From the NCBI GenBank assembly GCA_016840855.1, contig JAEORO010000120.1, forward strand, positions 1-11,945: DNA of 11,945 bases. Direction: 5' to 3'. Position 1 is the first letter of the stretch. The number at the start of each line of letters is the position of its first letter. The position numbers were made by a program, and so were the translations under genes. Positions 7,830 to 11,945 of this stretch are shown piece by piece. This stretch comes from Candidatus Thorarchaeota archaeon. Lineage in GTDB: Archaea > Asgardarchaeota > Thorarchaeia > Thorarchaeales > Thorarchaeaceae. The notes beneath the pieces were generated by a model that searched no databases, had not been told where the DNA came from, and saw only the letters and a list, made by a program, of their open reading frames with translations.

Positions 7830-8141
7830 ATGCAAAGGCGAAGAAAAGGTGGCCGTGGTAGGTTCCCTATTCAACCAAAAATTGGACGCAGACCTAGAGC
7901 TGAAAAGATGACTCCTGAACCTTCAGGTCTTGAAGAACCAATTTACATTGATCTAGCCGAGGCAGAGGTTCTTCGACTCGTCGATTTAGAGGGATTATAT
8001 CAAGAACAAGCTGGTAACGAGCTAGGTGTGAGTAGAGGCACCGTGTGGCGCTTGCTAGCTAGCGCAAGAGAAAAAGTGACCCGTTCAATCTTTGAAGGAA
8101 GACAACTAGTAGTAGGCTTTCCATTTGAAGAGGAAACTTGA
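7830..8141 (+). CDS. DUF134 (UPF0251) predicted DNA-binding protein
   Basis: EAEVLRLVDLEGLYQEQAGNELGVSRGTVWRLLASAREKVTRSIFEG is the DUF134 HTH signature, with a basic GRGR N-terminus. Start is ATG 7830 or GTG 7818. Confidence 0.9.
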   Translation: MQRRRKGGRGRFPIQPKIGRRPRAEKMTPEPSGLEEPIYIDLAEAEVLRLVDLEGLYQEQAGNELGVSRGTVWRLLASAREKVTRSIFEGRQLVVGFPFEEET

Positions 8142-8142
8142 C

Positions 8143-8186
8143 GGTTGATAAATGGCATTGATGGAAAATTGTCATCAATCCCAACC
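8143..8186. other. Inverted repeat directly after the DUF134 stop (3' hairpin or operator)
   Basis: ATTGATG (8157-8163) / CATCAAT (8173-8179), with outer GGTTG (8143-8147) / CAACC (8182-8186). Confidence 0.45.
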
Positions 8187-8199
8187 TAGTCAATTTTCT

Positions 8200-8390
8200 A
8201 AAAGGAAGAAAAAAGATACATGACAGATGAATCGCTGATTAGTTTACACTTGGCCAGAGCATCATCTGTGGCCATTTGTTAAGTGTGATAGACATTCCAA
8301 AGGAAGGGGAGGTAAGCCAATTACAGCCTCTTCCAGTTCTAGGTATTACTAACAGTTTAGAGTGACCTCAGAGTGCATCAAAATGAGGTC
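8200..8390 (-). ncRNA. Candidate structured RNA with a duplicated motif (strand inferred)
   Basis: Three hairpins (8246-8286, 8302-8334, 8364-8390) and two copies of a shared motif. A minus-strand U-rich tract (8200-8216) lies at the 3' end and a TATA-like element at 8420-8427 lies upstream. Confidence 0.35.
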
Positions 8391-8419
8391 TTGGGTGGGT
8401 CGTGATACGCGGTGCCACC

Positions 8420-8427
8420 TTATATAG
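8420..8427. promoter_or_regulatory. Putative TATA box (TTATATAG), possibly bidirectional
   Basis: About 30 nt upstream of ATG 8456. Reads CTATATAA on the minus strand, about 30 nt upstream of the hairpin ending at 8390. Confidence 0.5.
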
Positions 8428-8455
8428 AGAATATGGAATCATTTACGAGGAGTGG

Positions 8456-8875
8456 ATGACGATTCAAATGGACATGCCCAGCCGGATTGAACCAGTCAGT
8501 GATTACGTGATTAGACGTCCCGGTATACCAAAATGGTGGGACCCTGTCGCACGACCACATGTTGCAGTGATCATGAAGAACCCGATGAATGGCGGAGAGA
8601 TACGATATTTTCTGTCAAGGTGTGGTGAGAAAGACCGTAGTGGACGCACTTCTCTTGATGTGGGCGATATTGATAGTCTTCCTGAAGGGACTCTTCTCGA
8701 GATTAGGTACAGTGCTACCAAAGCTAACCTTTACCAGCTTGAGATGGTTGGCGCTACTGCCTGCTGGAGATGGATAAACCGCAGCCAAGGTCTCCAGAGT
8801 TTTGAAACCGAGTCCCCAGACTGGAACTACAAGGTTGATACCAATGTAGATCCAGATGGTTTTCTGTTTGCTTAA
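8456..8875 (+). CDS. Hypothetical protein
   Basis: Open frame of 139 aa from ATG 8456, with SD GAGGAG (8447-8452) and an upstream TATA box. No confidently recognised family. Confidence 0.7.
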   Translation: MTIQMDMPSRIEPVSDYVIRRPGIPKWWDPVARPHVAVIMKNPMNGGEIRYFLSRCGEKDRSGRTSLDVGDIDSLPEGTLLEIRYSATKANLYQLEMVGATACWRWINRSQGLQSFETESPDWNYKVDTNVDPDGFLFA

Positions 8876-8923
8876 CTCCTAAATGTATATGACACATCCG
8901 AATCTTTGCAAGATGCTTCTCCC

Positions 8924-8931
8924 TTTTATAT
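8924..8931 (+). promoter_or_regulatory. Putative TATA box of fprA
   Basis: TTTTATAT about 35 nt upstream of ATG 8965; SD-like GAGGG at 8953-8957. Confidence 0.5.
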
Positions 8932-8964
8932 GACAATGATATTCCCTAGGATGAGGGAAATAGA

Positions 8965-10155
8965 ATGCAACCATTTGAGATTCTAAAAGGAATATTCTGG
9001 GTTGGTGCTCTAGACTACAACATTCGGAATTTTCATGGTTATAGCTACACAACACACCATGGAACTACATATAATGCATATCTGATAGTTGGAAAGAAAA
9101 TAGCACTGGTTGATACCGTAATGGGTCATTTTGGAGATGAAATGTTGACCAGAGTTTCCAAAGTGGTAGACCCATCAAAAATCGATTTTATGATATCAAA
9201 CCATACGGAGATGGACCACTCAGGTACGACCCCTGATGTCCTAAAGATAGCGCCAAATGCACAACTAGTCTGCACAACAAAAGCTGTAGACCAACTTAAG
9301 AAACACTACAAAGATGGCTGGAGCATTCACACTGTCAAGACAGGAGATGAGTTGGATTTGGGAGGGAAAACTCTCAGGTTCTATGAGGCACCGATGCTTC
9401 ATTGGCCTGAATCCATGTTCACCTACTACATAGAAAAGCAGCTCTTGTTACCGAACGATGCCTTTGGACAGCATTGTGCCACAGAACAACGCTTTGCAGA
9501 CGAGGTGGATCAACAGGTCCTATGGCGAGAGGCTGAGAAATACTATGCAAACATTCTCTGGCCATTAAGTAGAATGGTCCAACGGAAGATTGAGGAAGTT
9601 GTTGCGTTGGGCTTACCAATCAAGATGATAGCTCCTTCACATGGGCTAATCTGGCGTAAGAATCCGCTTCAAATCGTTACTAAATATTTAGAGTGGGCCA
9701 AGGGTGAACGGCTGCAGGATAAGGTAGTCATCACTTGGGATACCATGTGGGACAGTACAACAAAGCTAGCACGTGCAATTGCTGAGGGAGTTCACAGTGA
9801 GGGTCTGGAACCCATATTGAAACTCATTCCTCATAGTGACCGTAGCGACATCATGGCTGATCTTTTAGAAGCTAGAGGCGTTCTCGTAGGAAGTGCTACT
9901 CTTCATAATGATATTCTGCCCACATTAGCTCCTGTTCTCTCTGACTTTGAAGTATTGAAACCAGCTGGTAAGAAATGTGCAGCCTTCGGGTCTTATGGCT
10001 GGGGAGGTGGCGCTGTTAAGAAAATACAGGAGTCAATGGAGAAAGGAAAGATGGAGATTGTGATGGATCCATTCACTGTGAAATGGATTCCAGATGAAGA
10101 GGAACTGAAACAAGCTTTCGAGTTTGGTGCTGAATTTGCCAGAAAAGTGAAGTAG
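8965..10155 (+). CDS. fprA: Class A flavodiiron protein (FprA; O2/NO reductase)
   Basis: Metallo-beta-lactamase diiron ligands SNHTEMDHSG, MLHWPES, NDAFGQH and APSHG, plus a flavodoxin domain (TMWDSTTKLA, AFGSYGWGGGA). 396 aa, no extra domain. Confidence 0.96.
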   Translation: MQPFEILKGIFWVGALDYNIRNFHGYSYTTHHGTTYNAYLIVGKKIALVDTVMGHFGDEMLTRVSKVVDPSKIDFMISNHTEMDHSGTTPDVLKIAPNAQLVCTTKAVDQLKKHYKDGWSIHTVKTGDELDLGGKTLRFYEAPMLHWPESMFTYYIEKQLLLPNDAFGQHCATEQRFADEVDQQVLWREAEKYYANILWPLSRMVQRKIEEVVALGLPIKMIAPSHGLIWRKNPLQIVTKYLEWAKGERLQDKVVITWDTMWDSTTKLARAIAEGVHSEGLEPILKLIPHSDRSDIMADLLEARGVLVGSATLHNDILPTLAPVLSDFEVLKPAGKKCAAFGSYGWGGGAVKKIQESMEKGKMEIVMDPFTVKWIPDEEELKQAFEFGAEFARKVK

Positions 10156-10238
10156 ATAGAATCTATTAGAAAAACATTAAGGCAAATGTCTCTCTCCACA
10201 CAAGAAGACAGATACTCTTGTTGGTGGAATCACTCTCA

Positions 10239-10622
10239 ATGACAACCATCATCATCGGTCCCATCATATTAACGCTACCTACTATAGTAGTGATGACCAT
10301 ACTAGTTATCGTCCTGTTCCGTTTGCATAGAGGAAAGTTCTCTGAAACATCAAATCTACTTAGGTTCATGTTTCTCCTGCTCTTAGCAACAGATGTCTTT
10401 CTCTCAACATTCTATATGACCTATTACTTTGTCAACATGCCCTCTCTCTTTGGAATAGGCTTTAGTGTGTTAACATCAGCTCTCTTTGCAGCATTTTGTT
10501 TAGGTGGAATAGTTCCTATCGATAAGAAACGAGCTGAAGATGATGTCTGGACACGATGGTTCAAGGAACGTGACAGCTGGAATGAAGAGCGAAAGAAACG
10601 AGCCTTGGTTGGCAAGGCGTGA
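10239..10622 (+). CDS. Hypothetical membrane protein (about 3 TM helices)
   Basis: Three hydrophobic stretches and a charged C-terminal tail. ATG 10239 has GGTGGA 10 nt upstream; the ORF-track start is 10218. Confidence 0.72.
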   Translation: MTTIIIGPIILTLPTIVVMTILVIVLFRLHRGKFSETSNLLRFMFLLLLATDVFLSTFYMTYYFVNMPSLFGIGFSVLTSALFAAFCLGGIVPIDKKRAEDDVWTRWFKERDSWNEERKKRALVGKA

Positions 10623-10709
10623 TTCTATGAACAGGTTCTAAGAATAATTCGCACAAGCTTTTAAGTTCGTAAAAGAGTTCGCGAAGAAGGTAGAGTAGGT
10701 AAGTCCCAA

Positions 10710-11378
10710 TCAAGGTATGTTTTCAGAATTGCTCTTCTTGACTAATTCACTCATTTCGACACCGAATCTGGCTTCAATCTCCTCCATTAGCAAAGTCGAT
10801 GTCGTTTCGTCAATGTTGTATAAACGAGATCTTTGAAGATAATTCATCAAAGAAAAAGGTACACACATTGCAAAAATATAGAGCGCTAGTAGGAGAATCG
10901 ACAATAGGGGATTAATCATGATGAATACCAAATTGGTCAAGGGAATAGAAATCAACACGTATAGAATGATCATAAGTCCCGCATAGACACTCATAAACAG
11001 TTTTGGAGATCTTGGCCATTTCTCTCTCGAAGACTGAATCCATTGTTGTTCAGGACAGAGAATTACGATTGGCATAACACAGTCTATCTTTGATGGATAG
11101 CTTCTTCCAATAAAAGAAACATCTGCGTTGGTCCCCAAGGCAAGTGGTTTCCCCACGACTATGACTCTCTGTCCGACTTCAGCTGGTGGTTGCTTACTAA
11201 ATCTGAAATCTACAAAGAACTTCCTTGGGTCAGAGTTAACAAACATCCCTCGATTCAGCCGGTCTAGAGGGACTGGATCAACTGTTTCGAAACCTTCAAT
11301 CACTCCTTCGATAACAAATTCAGCATTGGAGTCATCGACTAATCGACGAAACTTTGTGAGCAGCTTTGAATCTCCCAT
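10710..11378 (-). CDS. Hypothetical membrane protein (soluble beta-rich N-terminus, two C-proximal TM helices)
   Basis: 222-aa ORF with GAGAGG just upstream of the ATG. Hydrophobic segments LFMSVYAGLMIILYVLISIPL and LLSILLLALYIFAMCVPFSLM. Confidence 0.75.
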   Translation of the reverse strand: MGDSKLLTKFRRLVDDSNAEFVIEGVIEGFETVDPVPLDRLNRGMFVNSDPRKFFVDFRFSKQPPAEVGQRVIVVGKPLALGTNADVSFIGRSYPSKIDCVMPIVILCPEQQWIQSSREKWPRSPKLFMSVYAGLMIILYVLISIPLTNLVFIMINPLLSILLLALYIFAMCVPFSLMNYLQRSRLYNIDETTSTLLMEEIEARFGVEMSELVKKSNSENIP

Positions 11379-11560
11379 TTCCTCTCATGCTTATTGTGCA
11401 ATCAAATCAGATAAGATGAGCGTTTTCATTCTCACCCTCTACGAATAACTTTAAAACTCCGGGTGACCGCCCTCCTTGTAGACATCGCAGTTTTGGGCTG
11501 AGAATCGCCTACTGTGTTTGTTCAAACAAATAGCAAATAAAGCGGGTTGGGGAAGCCAGG

Positions 11561-11593
11561 CTTGCATGGATTTGTCCGTGCACGGGCGAAGCC
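11561..11593 (+). other. D-loop insertion in tRNA-iMet (putative non-canonical intron, boundaries +/-3 nt)
   Basis: About 32-33 extra nt between G18G19 (11559-11560) and TATCCC (11594-11599); highly self-complementary. Confidence 0.75.
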
Positions 11594-11611
11594 TATCCCG
11601 CGGGGCTCATA

Positions 11612-11643
11612 AGGTGGAAACACCCTTGGGTTCCGCCCGGGAC
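11612..11643 (+). other. Canonical 37/38 tRNA intron (32 nt) with bulge-helix-bulge
   Basis: Outer helix CGGGG/CCCCG; 3-nt bulges TAA (11610-11612) and ACA (11642-11644); central helix CTCA/CGGG (one G-U pair, one A-C mismatch); inner helix GGTGGAA (11613-11619) / TTCCGCC (11631-11637). Confidence 0.88.
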
Positions 11644-11682
11644 ACCCCGAGATCGGAAGTTCAAATCTTCCACCCGCTACCA

Positions 11683-11725
11683 TTAATTTTCATTAACTAT
11701 TGTTAAATAATTATCTAAACAATAG
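11683..11725 (+). terminator. Putative tRNA terminator region (T-rich tract plus AT-rich inverted repeat)
   Basis: TTAATTTTC right after CCA, then CTATTGTT (11697-11704) / AACAATAG (11718-11725). Confidence 0.4.
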
Positions 11726-11905
11726 GAATGTACTAGAGAGAACCATCCTTTCCTGTTACGACCGTAAAACGCACTGAATAAATTGGCCAAGAATTGAACA
11801 TCATTTGCGAAGTTCTGTAATACAAAACACCATTGTGTTTTAAATGAGAATATTAGGTACCTAACGTGGATTGCAATGCAATTCCATATAGAGGGGTTTT
11901 GAGCA

Positions 11906-11945
11906 ATGTTCAAGAAATGGCAGTTGGTCCTAGTCATCTTGACGC
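11906..11945 (+). CDS. 5' fragment of a probable secreted or membrane protein (runs off the window)
   Basis: ATG 11906 gives MFKKWQLVLVILT (basic n-region, then hydrophobic). SD-like GAGGGG at 11891-11896 and TTTTAAAT at 11838-11845. Confidence 0.55.
   Translation, partial: MFKKWQLVLVILT

Larger units (their letters stand above)
11541..11682 (+). tRNA. Initiator tRNA-Met(CAT) with two insertions and encoded CCA
   Basis: Acceptor stem AGCGGGT/ACCCGCT (A1-U72) + ACCA; D stem GGGA/TCCC; anticodon arm CGGGG-CTCATAA-CCCCG with the initiator G29-G31:C39-C41 pairs; T arm GGAAG-TTCAAAT-CTTCC. Removing both insertions gives 77-78 nt. Confidence 0.95.

Noticed and set aside
8139-8189. Selenocysteine readthrough of the DUF134 TGA with the downstream hairpin as SECIS
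   Set aside because: The domain is complete before the TGA, readthrough adds only a short featureless tail, and the hairpin lacks a recognisable SECIS core.
8220-8282. 20-codon ORF MTDESLISLHLARASSVAIC
   Set aside because: Very short with no recognisable features; expected by chance.
8200-8420. SRP RNA, RNase P RNA, C/D or H/ACA guide, fluoride or c-di-AMP riboswitch as identity of the structured region
   Set aside because: No SRP helix-8 motif, no RNase P GAGGAAAGUCC, no correctly spaced C/D boxes or 3-nt-bulge K-loop, and the riboswitch core nucleotides match only in fragments.
10645-10690. Three TTCG-containing mini-repeats between convergent genes
   Set aside because: Too short and irregularly spaced; not CRISPR-like.
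609-11448. Short alternative-frame or antisense ORFs (609-797, 626-829, 1128-1352, 2317-2517, 2895-3077, 3776-4018, 4344-4562, 4584-4799, 6076-6294, 6412-6603, 6935-7201, 8503-8721, 8589-8777, 8754-8936, 9419-9619, 9993-10199, 10166-10369, 10424-10615, 11128-11448)
   Set aside because: All lie largely within better-supported genes and show no recognisable motifs.
11518-11706. 62-aa ORF
   Set aside because: It spans the tRNA-iMet gene.
11683-11937. 84-aa minus-strand ORF, or an integrated element at the tRNA 3' end
   Set aside because: The ORF has atypical composition and covers terminator and promoter sequence. No integrase or duplicated tRNA 3' end is visible within this window.

Overview
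Archaeal chromosomal window, mostly housekeeping. Evidence for an archaeal origin: eL15, RNase P proteins Rpp30/Pop5, a Ygr210/YchF-type GTPase, an archaeal initiator tRNA and TATA-box promoters. An Asgard/Thorarchaeia-like host is my impression only and cannot be proven from this sequence. Gene order: HD phosphohydrolase(+), Lrp/AsnC regulator(+), JAMM/MPN+ metalloprotease(+), the rpl15e-DUF54-rnp3-rnp2 operon(-), SerA-like 2-hydroxyacid dehydrogenase(-) divergent from a flavin reductase(+), an orphan with an internal two-fold repeat(-), Ygr210/YchF GTPase(-), DUF134(+), an orphan(+), flavodiiron protein FprA(+), two membrane orphans, tRNA-iMet(CAT) and the start of a probable exported protein. 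The most notable signals are non-coding. (1) The initiator tRNA carries two ~32-nt insertions: a canonical 37/38 BHB intron and a D-loop insertion with no textbook BHB. (2) A structured 5' leader precedes rpl15e and resembles the eL15 ribosomal-leader motif. (3) A ~280-bp hairpin-rich intergenic region contains two diverged copies of one motif whose stems differ in sequence but both pair, making it a candidate undescribed RNA. No CRISPR array, transposase or integrase was seen.
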